NCBI GenBank assembly: GCA_964016885.1
Contig: OZ024740.1
Span: 73,656,001 to 73,720,000 of the forward strand
Length of the DNA: 64,000 nt
Direction: 5' to 3'
Origin: Eledone cirrhosa
Lineage: Eukaryota
Both the position numbers and the translations under genes were made by a program. The stretch's first letter is position 1. Every line of letters starts with the position of its first letter. This document shows positions 54,097 through 62,885 of the stretch, piece after piece. The notes below the pieces were generated by a model that had not been told where the DNA came from, searched no databases, and saw only the letters and a list, made by a program, of their open reading frames with translations.

Positions 54097-57000
54097 CATA
54101 CAGAGGGAGAGAGAGAGCGCTCACAAGGCTTGGGTCAACCAGGAGCTATCTATAGATATATATAAAATTGAAATTGTCTCAGTGTGTGTGTCCTAAGTTT
54201 TGCAAAGATTATACAAATCCACATTTCTACTCCGATTGACTTCAAACTTGCATTTATATATTCCTTGCGGTCTAAAGATATTAACTGCAGCTTTTATTTT
54301 TCAATTTTCTGTTGTTAAAGGGGTGTTAGGCGCCGGTTATCGACCTCTCTCTCTTTCTTAGTCTGTCTTTTTAGATAGATACATAGCTATAAGGTCGCGC
54401 CCTTATAATATCTGTCTGTATGTCATTGTCTGCATTACAACATTATGACAAAAATTATTCTCATTGATGACGTATTTTCTTCGCTATTTTCCGTTCATTG
54501 CCAGGGAACGTCTTCACGAACCAAGGTATCGTCTTCCTGTTTTCCTTCGGTTGCAACGTTTTTCAAAATATTTACTTCTGCGTTCACAGATTGATTTTTT
54601 TAGTTTCAGAAGATCCCGTTAAGGGTGAAAGCACACGTAAGCAATGTCAATGTTACTGCTGCTACATAGGACTCCCATTACCACTGAACATTCACCTTTG
54701 CATTCTGCATTTCCATCCGCAGGTCAACATGGAATAGTCTTCATAGTAGTCAGTTTACTGAAGGAGAAACAGAAGGGTCTCGAATTTGCCGTCCAAAAAA
54801 CTCATTGACAATAACGAAAACTGTTAACAACGCAGAATGATACATTGTAGGTCTCTTTATTAATCAAAAAACTTCTTGCCAATAAACATTAACCCTTTGT
54901 GCGCCATTCATCTAACTGTAGACCAACAAATACCAACTAAATGGAGCGTTGACAAGAACGATGGCGAATGAATCTTTACATTTACTCCAATAGGCCAAAA
55001 CAGAGTGGAAACGCCGGGGGACAACTATCACAGAAGGAGTATGAAAAGAAGGGGCTCAACAATATTTCTATGAACAATGCACGTAGACAGCTAAACTGTA
55101 CTTTCAACTTCTTAATTTTCTCCAAATAAAACAAGTTTCCTGTCGGTATATTTTCGTGAGTTTTTAACAGGCACTCACAAATAAACATTTCTCATTGGAG
55201 GTGCTATTACCAATGTTCTTACCCATGCAACGCCGGGACACACTACTAGTTGTAAATAACACTCAAGAGATGCCATGCAGTGGGATAGAACCAGAGACCT
55301 AATGATTGCAAATCAACCTTCTTAACCATTCAGCCATGCTGTATTCATTAAGTGTGCTATATAGAAAATCAAAATGGCTGCATAATCAAAACTAGTGTAA
55401 TATGCACATCAGGGTTTATTTTAAAGAAATTTTAGAACTGCACAAATCTTTAAGACAGGTGAAAAGTTTGAGATGCATTTGTAATGGCTATTTATGAATG
55501 CTTTCAGTCGTTTAACCATCATTTACTATGTCAGCATATATAGTATTTAACACAAAATGTAAATTTAGTGCATAAAATTAGATTTAGAACTTCATAAGCA
55601 GGGTGTCAACTGCACGTTAAAATAATCACTAAAGCCTATACTTAAAAAAAAAAATCTCATAAATATGAATTAAATATTCTTTCTCTTTCTCAGCACAAAT
55701 GCACTCTCATAGTTTATGGACTAACAACACACCGCTGATACAAAAAAGGTTTGCGCACTCCCAATGTAGAGGATCTGATGTTGGCTTGTTGAACAGCAGA
55801 AAGTTAGAATGAAATATATAAAAGCATTTACTTCTAGTCTATGTTCCAGCTCCACCAAATGTCTTGAACACTATAGGCTGGAAAAAATAGTTATTTAATA
55901 GTTCCAGGTATTTTAGGATTTTATTCCATTCAGCAACGGAAGCAGTAACCCTTACATTTACATCTATTCTATGTTCTCAGTTCAAATCTTGCTATGGTAA
56001 ACCTCTCATTCTAATCCACAAACAGATGGTAGTAGTGATAATGGGTCGATCAAATATGAAGCAGTAATAGACTGGGGTTTATTCACTTGGATATATCCAC
56101 TCCTCCTACAAATATTTTACCTCATGCCAAAAATGAGAAAACTGTGTTCATCTACATTACTCCCTCCCACCATAGACACATATACCCCCCCCCCCCCACA
56201 CACACCTTTATCTCTTCTACCAACACACAGAAACAAAACACAAGGTCAGAGCAACAAAGAAAAACAAAATAAACATTAAATGTTGTTTATTAACATGAAG
56301 TCATTTTGAATTGCTCACTTCTTTAGCATGCAAAGAAACAAGACACATACTATCAACATTACACATGCATGCACACACAACACATGCATGCATGCACACA
56401 TACCTTTTAATTGACAAAACAATCAATCACTGTCCAAAAAACACCACTAACAGATAGCCTCCCTCATTGAGAGCATTATGTACTAGACTGTATACAGTGG
56501 CTTAACTCTTCAAATATTAAAGTTTATAGGATAAACAGAAATCTGTAGGGTGAGTCATATAGTTATACTGAGCTGAACAGTTTACAGGTCATTACATTTT
56601 CCTTACTTTAATTTCCTCGATAACATTAAAACAACAGCAATCTACCTGAGGGAGGATCCCTGTGAGGTGGGGTGACTGATGCAGCAGGTATTGCTGGCCA
56701 TTCTCCTCGTCATTTTGTCCACAGGGTGCAGCTTATATATACTGCCCAAACTGGGGTGTAATGTCTAATAGTCGGTTGCCCACTCCGCTTTCCCTTTCTT
56801 TCCTTGCTTAATCTTTTTTATTTTTATTTTTCTTCACTTCTTTCTTTAGTACATGACTTTGGTTCAAGGAAAAATTGGCTATGACAGGATTTGAACTCAA
56901 AATGAAAATGAGCAAAGCTGGATATCACATAGTGCTCTTTCTCACACTGCCACCCACTGTCTTAATAATGATTTCTGATTTAGGCACAAGGCCAACAATT

Positions 57001-60000
57001 TTAAGGGAGGGGAAGTTGATTAAATCGACCTCTATGCATTACTGCTTTATTTTATCGACTCCGTAAGGATGAAAGGCAAGGCTAACCTTGGCAGATTTCA
57101 ACTCAGACCGTATAAGGTCGTTACTCTATGCTACACAACATGGTGTCTAACGCATTACCAATTCTGCCAGTCCTTCCACCGCCCTCCCCACTATCTTAAT
57201 AATAGTAGTTTCTAAAGTAGGTACAAGGCTAGTGATTTTGGAAGAGGGATTAGCCAATTAAATGAACCTCAGTACATAACTGACACTTTATTTCATTAAC
57301 CCTAGAAAGACGAAAGGCAAAATTGACATGGCAAGATTTGAACTTAGAATGTAAAAATGTAGAACACATAATGATGGAAATACAAAATCAAACTTGAGGA
57401 CATTTCAACTAAATATGTAAAGTTAAGTAACTAAATATCACAAGGCATTTTGTTTATCTCTTTACCATCACTGTAGATAATGATGATTATAGTTTCTAAG
57501 ATAGGTGCAAGGTCAAAAATTTTAGGCGAAGGATGTGATCAATTAAACGGATCCCAGTACTTGAATGGCACTTATTTCATTGACTCACACAATGATGAAC
57601 AGGATAGCTGAACTATGCTATGTTAGTGCCATTGCATATAATATGAACTTGACTGACTAACATTAATTCCCGCCGAGGTTAACTTTGCCTTTCATCCTTA
57701 CGGGGGTCGATAAAATAAAGTACCAGTAATACACTGGGATAATTGCTGGCCTTGTGCCAAAAGTAGAAACAATTAGCTGTAACACTAGCATAGCATGGTT
57801 TATAAAAGAGGTGTATATATGCAAATGAGCACCAGCCAATGTTTTATTTATGTTATATTCAAATGAGCATCTCCAGCTGATGTTTCAGCTGTAGCTTATA
57901 TACTTGTCTCAGCACTGAGTGAGTAAATGTCACTGATGACAAATAAAAATCCAGAAACACATGTCTGATGTTTTCACACTGCTACTGAAATAGCTGTGAC
58001 ATAATCAAAGCTGAAAATATTCATACCAAGACTTTATATGTTTATTATACATAAACATATTGCATATGCTTTCATATATACCACTTTTGTATCCTAGTAA
58101 GTAGAAAGGAAAACAGAGCCCCAATTCCTTCGGGGAAATGGCTTGGCTCAGTGTGTAGGAAAGGTATAGGTAGAAATTCCATCCTCTGTCTCAAATGCAA
58201 ATTATGGGTACTCAAGAGATGTAGTGGGATCTTAGGTTGTTTAGCTAAGAATGTATGTTTTACATGTAGTCATTCATTGCACCAGAGCAGTAAGCAGCAA
58301 ACGACCACAGGAAACAAGTGCTATCAAATTCTAGGAAGGTTCAGTAGAAGCAGTAGACAGCTTCTGCTACCTGGATGACCAAATTAGCAGTAAAGGTGGG
58401 TATTCTGAAGGTACAGTAACCAGAGTGAGAAAGGAATGAAAGAAGTTCAAGGAGCTACTACCACTGCCAGCTACAAAAGGCTTTCCCTCAAAATGAAAGG
58501 CAGATTGTATATGCATGCATACAAACAGCAATGTTACATGGTAGTGAGACCTGGGTGCTGTGTGCAGAAAACTTGTGAAGATTAGAAAGAAATGAAGCTT
58601 GCATGCTCTGATGGATGTGTAATAGTAATATACATGAACAGCAAAGCATAAATGAACTGAGAGAAACTAGGCATAAGAGGAATCAGATGCAATGTGCAGG
58701 AGAGGAAATTGTATTGGTATGGACATGTGATACGTATGAAGAATGACAGCTGCATAAAAAAGTACTGAATGCTCAAAGTAGATGGAAGCCATGGAGTGGG
58801 AAGACTCAGGAAGACTTGGAATGAATTGGTAAATGTTGACCTTCCGCAATTGCACCTCTCAAAGATGATGACACAGGACCGAGATATTTGGCATTATACA
58901 GTAATACAGAAGACCCACCTTCCCCATGGGCACAGGCTGAAGATGAAGCATACATATAGTATGCTCCACCTCCACCCCACTTTTCCATACACCTCACCTG
59001 AAGACAGGCTGAAGCATACATCTAGTGAAGCTCTCAACCCACACTGTAAAGTGGTTATGATGGCGACAACAAAAACCGCCCAGCCCACACTGTAAAGTAG
59101 TCGTGATGGCAACTTGACAAAAAGTGGCCAGCCCACACTGGAAAGTGGTCAAATAGGTATCACAACAAAAAGCACCCAATACTCACTGTAAATGTGGTTG
59201 GCTTTAGGAAGGGCATCCAGCTGTAGAAACCAAGCCAAAATTAGGTCTGTATGAGAAAGACATGGTCACTTCACCTGGCATTTCTCACAACAGGACAACT
59301 CGTCTAACCCATGCTAGCATGGAAAAAGGATGTTAAACGATGATAATGATGTGTGTATATATAACTTCGCAAGAAGGGAAGCAGAGGAAAGAAAGTTCAA
59401 GCGTGTTCTACAACGCGAGGACCAAAAACGTGAGGTGTTCAGGATTGCTAGGCAATGTGTCACGGAAAACCGTGATATTGTCGGGGAGAAGTGTGTCCGT
59501 AAAGGACAGCGGTGCAAGTTAAAGGTAGTATAATTAGTAAGGCAATCAAAGATATGAAGACAGGCAAGGCAGCTGGGCCTTTGGAGATAGTTGCTGAGAT
59601 GTTGAAGGCATCTGGTATGGTGGGACACACTATGGTCACCCGTAGTCATACAGAACGGGGTCGTACCAAAGGACTGGCATAGCAGCATCATGATTAACTG
59701 CTACAAGGGTAAAGGAGATGCCCTAGATAGGGGAAACTATAGAGGCATTAAATTAATTGACCAGGTCATGAAGGTCACCGAAAAAGTAATAGCACAACTA
59801 ATCAGAGAGAGAATTGATCTAGATGAAATGCAGTTCGGGTTTGCGTCAGGTAAAAGTACCACAGACGCTCTTTTCATTGTACAACTACGGGAAAAGTACC
59901 TAGCTAAAAGTAAACCCCTATACTTAGCTTTTGTTATGTTGACTTGGAGAAAGCCTTTGACAGAGTCCCACGCCCCATTATGTGGTGGGCTCTCAGAAAA

Positions 60001-61868
60001 CTAGGTGTTGATGAATGGCTTGTGAAAGCTATACAAGCCATGTATAAAGAAACAGTCAGCAAGGTTAGAATTAACAACGAATATAGTGAAGAGTTTAGCG
60101 TAAAAGTTGGTGTTCATCAGGGCTCCATCCTTAGCCCCCTCCTATTTATTATTGCTCTTCTGGCTATAACAGAGGAATTCAAGACCGGCTGCCCATGGGA
60201 ACTTCTATACGCAGATGATCTAACGCTCATAGCTGAATCAATGGCTGAACTAGAGAAGAAATTCCAAACATGGAAGCATGGCCTAGAATCAAAAGGCCTT
60301 AAAATTAACATGTCTAAGACTAAAGTTCTAGTATGTAGGAAGGAAAATAGGGCACCAGTCCCATCTGGGAAATGGCCATGCTCAGTGTGTAGGAAAGGAG
60401 TAGGCAGAAACTCCATTTTATGTCCCAAATGCAAAGTATGGGTGCATAAAAGATGTAGTGGGATCACAGGTAAGCTAACTAAGAATATAGATTTTATATG
60501 TGGACAGTGCTCAGGTGCAATAAGTAGCAGCAAGTGCCCACAGAATACTAGCTCATTCCATTGCCCAGATGGTTCTATAGAAATAGTGGACACCTTCCAT
60601 TACCTGGGTGACAAAATCAGCAGTGGTGGAGGGTGCTCTGAAAGTACAGTAGCTAGAGTTAGAATGGGATAAAAAAAAGTTCAGAGAGCTTATACCACTA
60701 TTGGCCGCTAAAGGTTTCTCTCTAAAAATGAAAGGCAGGCTGTATGATGCCTGCATATGAACAACAATGTAACATGGCAGTGAGACATGGGCATTGTGTG
60801 CAGAGGATCTATGCAGACTGGAGAGGAACGAAGCTTGCATGTTCCGTTGGATGTGTAATAGTAATATACGTGAATGGCAAAGCATAAATGAACTAAGTGA
60901 GAAATTAGGAATAAGAGGGATCAGATGCTGGGACGACTTGATAAATTCCGACCTCACACACTTACACCTCTCCAAGACAATGTCACTGGACTGAGGTCTT
61001 TGGCGCTACACAGTAATACAGAAGACCCGCCTTGCCTAAGTACAAAGCGAAATCTAGTCAGTAGGCACCTCTTAACCAAAATACACCCCCCGTCCCACTA
61101 CCCCCCCCCCCCCCCTTCGATGTAAAGTTATGTTGGTACCACAACATCCAGTCCTAAATAAATGAGGTCGTGTAGGTGTCACGACAAAAAACACACAGTC
61201 CACGCTGTAATGTGGCCGTGTAGGTAACACGGTAAAAACCTCCCAGTCCACACTGTAAATGTGGTTGGTGTTAGGAAGGGCATCCGGCCGTAGAAAACCC
61301 GCCAGACAGTCCTATGCGAGCAAGACAACCAATCTTGCCTCAAGTAGGACAATTCCCGTCCAAACCCATGCTAGCGTGGAAGATGGACGTTAAACGATGA
61401 TGATGATATATATATATATATGTACATACACACAATATAGAGAGGAGAAAACGCAGGAGAATGTGTTTTCATTACAGGATTTCAACCCCCAGCGTGAAGA
61501 GAATATAAGCTAATAGAAGTATAGGAGAAACATAATTAAAAGGATAAATTAAAATGAAAAACCTACCTCATAAACTAAACAGCACCTGTACAAATTCGCT
61601 AAGAATTCGTTTCGCCGTGTTAGTGGTTACAAACTCAGCTCTTGGCTCATCAGCAGGTGCGAAGCTGATATCCTTTTAATTGTTATGTTTCTCCTAAACC
61701 TCTCTTAGCTTATATTCTCTTCATGCTGGTGGTTGAAATCCTGTAATGAAAGCACACTCACCTGCATTTTCTCCTCTCTATATTGTATTCTCAAGTGCCC
61801 AGGAAAATTCTTTCCTTTGAACTCATTGAATTACAGGTTTACACTGAGTCCTTTACTCCATTATTTTA

Positions 61869-61907
<39 letters not shown>

Positions 61908-62129
61908 ACACACATACACATGCATACACACTCAACCTTTGATGGCAGTAGTATCCCAGGATGGTCACAGTGCAATGACTGAACCCAGTAAAAGAATAAA
62001 AGAATATAAGAATATAAAAATAAAAGGTTACTATACCAATTTCTTGAGTGGGGCCACCACATCTAATTTCAGCAGTTTGACCAATTTTCATTATCGCCTC
62101 AGAATAGGATTGGGCAGCAACTGCAACAT
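19155..62129 (-). CDS. BAIAP2: IRSp53/BAIAP2-family I-BAR (IMD)-SH3 adaptor protein, multi-exon gene span, 5'-incomplete (first coding exons beyond 64000)
   Basis: GT-AG exons join in frame. IMD helices: VAVAAQSYSEAIMKIGQ...GTALHEISKVYKQL...PLENKLETDFK...KKYNQEHK...KYSDKEAQY...AMTEEWKCHCFV. SH3: VQAMHSH...LSFKEGDMI...EGWHYG...YGWFPLSFT. Then the KSTGDLL motif and Pro-rich segments. This is collinear with vertebrate IRSp53 as I recall it. The terminal exon is uncertain. Confidence 0.9.
19600..19935. repeat. Unclassified interspersed repeat (inverted copy at 33520-33797)
   Basis: Shared sequence gacctgtccaactgaatgtcaacccc...cagcttaccagtgtggcttgccagag. Confidence 0.8.
20122..20453 (-). CDS. BAIAP2: IRSp53-like Pro-rich exon, 332 nt, phase 0-2
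   Basis: tacttttag|CCT...TTT CG|gtaaat; PPASPSHK...PPPPPQP...PSPPLPPPPTRQPEVDYNEPGDFR. Confidence 0.8.
21700..22720 (-). mobile_element. Decayed mariner-like transposon interrupted by a SINE foldback
   Basis: The - strand reads WKDRWVKCVEA near 21740-21775, a mariner transposase C-terminal motif; heavily disrupted. Confidence 0.55.
22305..22510. mobile_element. Two 5'-truncated SINE copies head-to-head (palindrome)
   Basis: aattgtttcta...aaggtaacctc / gaggttaac...tagaaacaatt. Confidence 0.9.
24366..24599 (-). CDS. BAIAP2: IRSp53-like poly-His/poly-Pro exon, 234 nt, phase 0-0
   Basis: tccctacag|AGG...CAG|gtaact; open frame RAISGWLQQ...HHHHHHH...PPPPPPPPPPP...AGLQ. Confidence 0.7.
25088..25292 (-). 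mobile_element. tRNA-derived SINE, near full-length, 14-bp TSD
   Basis: A-box-like ggcagtatcggtag and B-box gagttcaaatccc; TSD gagtcaaaataact on both sides. The family also occurs near 22800, 23610, 31460, 51335, 51510, 52380, 52800-53120, 56970, 57670 and 62180. Confidence 0.85.
25745..26412. mobile_element. 5'-inverted (twin-primed) RTE-like LINE fragment
   Basis: 25745-26018 (-) encodes ...DDFLYLG...KAWAAC. 26019-26410 (+) continues VESVLLYGSETW...RLRLAGH and ends in a tagataga tail. Confidence 0.8.
26443..26608 (-). mobile_element. 5'-truncated SINE with 18-bp TSD
   Basis: gtcctatacataaataat duplicated on both flanks. Confidence 0.85.
27920..28055 (-). CDS. BAIAP2: IRSp53-like exon with KSTGDLL motif, 136 nt, phase 2-0
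   Basis: tttttccag|T TCC...ATG|gtatgt; SLDNQPLSSRVKSTGDLLNSNDNHVGMAPRRSSITNSINEGPNSM. Confidence 0.88.
28080..29060. repeat. Degenerate (GTG/ATG)n trinucleotide low-complexity tract
   Basis: Directly visible. Confidence 0.95.
29440..29760 (+). mobile_element. CR1-type LINE 3' end with (ATT)n tail
   Basis: RN.F...RVAEAWNKLPASVV..TASFKT motif, followed by UTR and an att repeat. Confidence 0.75.
29846..29914 (-). CDS. BAIAP2: IRSp53-like SH3 C-terminal exon, 69 nt, phase 2-2
   Basis: ctcattacag|G TAT GGC TGG TTT CCT...|gtattt; YGWFPLSFTSPISPSELQQQQL. Confidence 0.9.
30186..30470. repeat. Copy of the terminal repeat found in the 2797-4435 element
   Basis: Near-identical inverse of 2770-3033. 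Confidence 0.85.
30570..31445 (+). mobile_element. Decayed RTE-like LINE 3' part
   Basis: LEKAYDRVP, QVETFKYL, LTYGHES, YYGHVVR, GRRPRGR. Confidence 0.8.
33001..33184 (-). CDS. BAIAP2: IRSp53-like SH3 exon, 184 nt, phase 1-2
   Basis: cttggaccag|GT...CAC AA|gtaagt; VQAMHSHDATSDTQLSFKEGDMIKLIGEKSEGWHYG. Confidence 0.92.
34657..34783 (-). CDS. BAIAP2: IRSp53-like linker exon, 127 nt, phase 0-1
   Basis: ccattttag|GGA...CCA G|gtaagt; GADLHNYTDTQNSDMMKIGSPYDNNTRTFPLETNEPVFTKRP. Confidence 0.8.
34900..35865 (+). mobile_element. Older RTE LINE 3' part with (GAT)n tail
   Basis: KWLCSICRKGVG, RIRTGWKKFRELLP, LHGSETW; many stops. Confidence 0.85.
36276..38545 (-). mobile_element. 5'-truncated RTE LINE (young), one frameshift near 38040
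   Basis: ORFs 38037-38579 and 36667-38001 (RT, YADD, PHD-like finger); 3'UTR and (GAT)n tail. Confidence 0.93.
38804..38830 (-). CDS. Candidate 27-nt microexon (LYEMRVPPK), phase 0-0
   Basis: gttttgtatag|CTG...AAG|gtattc; frame-preserving, weak donor, no homology support. Confidence 0.35.
40010..42215 (+). mobile_element. RTE LINE with endonuclease but RT core deleted
   Basis: EN at 40080-40885 jumps to ADKKVAWKCH and then to SKGLKVN; 3'UTR and tail intact. Confidence 0.92.
42227..42325 (-). CDS. BAIAP2: IRSp53-like exon (end of IMD), 99 nt
   Basis: ctattccag|TTA...ACT|gtaagt; LHSMIAPHIDQWIRLYSRSDYTPTLQIQNMFIT. Confidence 0.85.
43499..43585 (-). CDS. BAIAP2: IRSp53-like exon (IMD helix 4), 87 nt
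   Basis: ttctctttag|GCC...AAG|gtaagc; AMTEEWKCHCFVMECVCNMLTLDHSHSTK (cf. ALTEERRRFCFLV motif). Confidence 0.9.
43789..43862. repeat. (CA)n microsatellite
   Basis: Directly visible. Confidence 0.95.
45300..45365 (-). CDS. BAIAP2: IRSp53-like exon (IMD), 66 nt
   Basis: tatgcag|TAT...AAG|gtaaga; YAQTISKSQMKLYDHRISGLQK. Confidence 0.85.
45480..47375 (+). mobile_element. Decayed RTE (BovB-like) LINE
   Basis: CSNYRGI, LPKSQCGFRA, VKQGCVLAP.LF.LFFSMML, LLFAD, LLYGSE; many frameshifts. Confidence 0.85.
47616..47741 (-). CDS. BAIAP2: IRSp53-like exon (IMD basic patch), 126 nt
   Basis: tttttacag|TCT...CAG|gtgagt; SSFKKYNQEHKAIVIPFEKAQNTLSKMQKKKSRSKYSDKEAQ. Confidence 0.92.
48079..48484. repeat. (TG)n-derived 12-14 bp minisatellite (tgtgtttc[a/t]g)
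   Basis: Directly visible. Confidence 0.95.
49893..49964 (-). CDS. BAIAP2: IRSp53-like exon (IMD), 72 nt
   Basis: ttgtag|ATG...GCA|gtaagt; MNSLMNDVSFPLENKLETDFKNMA. Confidence 0.9.
50392..50853. mobile_element. TTAA-flanked non-autonomous DNA element (piggyBac-like MITE)
   Basis: ttaaccttttcattactgtattt ... aaatatatggtaatgaaaggattaa. Related halves at 2620, 42695-42935 and 44115-44337. Confidence 0.6.
50926..50987 (-). CDS. BAIAP2: IRSp53-like exon (IMD), 62 nt, phase 1-0
   Basis: cacacag|GT ACA...AAA|gtaagt; GTALHEISKVYKQLDIQIKEK. Confidence 0.9.
51680..52795 (-). mobile_element. Two fragments of an R4/Dong-like (REL endonuclease) non-LTR element, interrupted by SINEs
   Basis: Q.SVSTNK..QANII..NPLCCVCKEEP..ID.I; IPGKPSLQEIQKIVLTGTVHVLRKALSI; 3'UTR hairpin at 52580-52610. 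Confidence 0.7.
53698..54055 (+). mobile_element. tRNA-derived SINE head joined to an RTE 3'UTR/(GAT)n tail
   Basis: tggcttagtggttagagc (A box) and gagttcaattc (B box); RTE UTR from about 53870. The same head occurs at 27317, 42965 and 48600-48810(-). Confidence 0.75.
54149..55249 (+). mobile_element. Non-autonomous Helitron inserted at A|T inside a SINE
   Basis: 5' TCtatagatatatataaaa; 3' cccatgcaacgccggg hairpin then CTAG; no TSD. The flanks gagcta|ttgtaaataacac rejoin into one SINE (54120-54148 + 55250-55340). Confidence 0.85.
57925..57973 (+). ncRNA. Degenerate minimal type I hammerhead motif
   Basis: aaatgtca-CTGATGA-(unpaired stem II)-GAAA-cacatg-TC-tgatgttt. Confidence 0.5.
58090..59350 (+). 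mobile_element. Decayed RTE LINE 3' part (subfamily of the intact copy)
   Basis: Homologous to 14080-15220; stops present. Confidence 0.88.
59365..61407 (+). mobile_element. RTE LINE, 5'-truncated, with internal deletions
   Basis: RT motifs incl. YADD at 59944-60672; deletions near 59500 and 60928; tail runs into (TA)n. Confidence 0.92.
61432..61786. mobile_element. Foldback element (~115 bp inverted arms) enclosing a hammerhead ribozyme
   Basis: 61432-61546 is the imperfect reverse complement of 61669-61786. Confidence 0.85.
61582..61660 (-). ncRNA. Type I hammerhead ribozyme
   Basis: GCACCUG-CUGAUGA-GCC(27 nt)GGC-GAAA-CGAAUUC(UUAGC)GAAUUUG-UA-CAGGUGC. All core nucleotides and three stems are present; GUA cleavage triplet. 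Confidence 0.88.
62037..62129 (-). CDS. BAIAP2: IRSp53-like exon (IMD), 93 nt, phase 1-1
   Basis: ttttttccacag|AT GTT GCA...ATT G|gtatag; xVAVAAQSYSEAIMKIGQTAEIRCGGPTQEIG. Confidence 0.9.
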
Positions 62130-62730
62130 CTGTGGAAAAAAAACAAAAGCAGAAAAAAACCCCAGATGAAACTCAACTGACAAGGCCAGCAATTTGAAGG
62201 TGAGGGGAAATTTTATTAAATTAACCCCTGTGCAATACTGGTACTTTATTTTATTGACTCCATAAGGATGAAAGGCAAAGCTAACCGTGGCAGGATTTGA
62301 ACTCAGAACGTAAAGGGGCGTAACTATGCTGAAAAGCATGGTGTCCGACGCTCTACTGATACTGCCAATCCACCACCATTACATGGTGTTCTAATAATAA
62401 CCCCATGTAGGCCCGTTTTAAATTGTTTTAAGAAGTTAGTGAGAAGAGGAAGGAGGATGTCACATATACAGTCCTGTGTACAAAGGGTGTTTAATGTGAA
62501 ACCTGGTAAGTGAAACACAGTGACTATTGGGTCTGGGTAGAAAGGGTGTGTAGCTAGTAAGTTCAGAGAGGCAAGGGCCATTGCTGTACCAGTAACAGAG
62601 TTAAACATATATACATATACACAAATGAAAGTTATAACTTGGTTGTGTTATTACATAATTACATTTATTTCTGTTATGTAGATTTCTCCAATCTCAGCTT
62701 AACTAAGGGTGACATTCTTCTTCAGACAGT

Positions 62731-62885
62731 ATACAGGTAAAATTCTGTTATAACAAATACCATTATAACGAATTTTTCAGTATAACAAAACCTTTTTCAA
62801 TCCCTGGCCACACTATCAATGTGTTATAAAGAATTTTTCATTACAAAGAATTGTTTTTTATACCCCGTGAATTTCATTATACATG
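62731..62885. mobile_element. Possible Tc1/mariner (pogo/Tigger-like) MITE remnant
   Basis: ta-caggtaaaattctgttataac and recurring ttataacgaa subterminal motifs. Confidence 0.4.

Noticed and set aside
59040-59200. Regularly spaced cacactgtaaagtgg repeats resembling a CRISPR array
   Set aside because: Internal subrepeats of the RTE 3'UTR, present in all copies; eukaryotic context and no cas genes.
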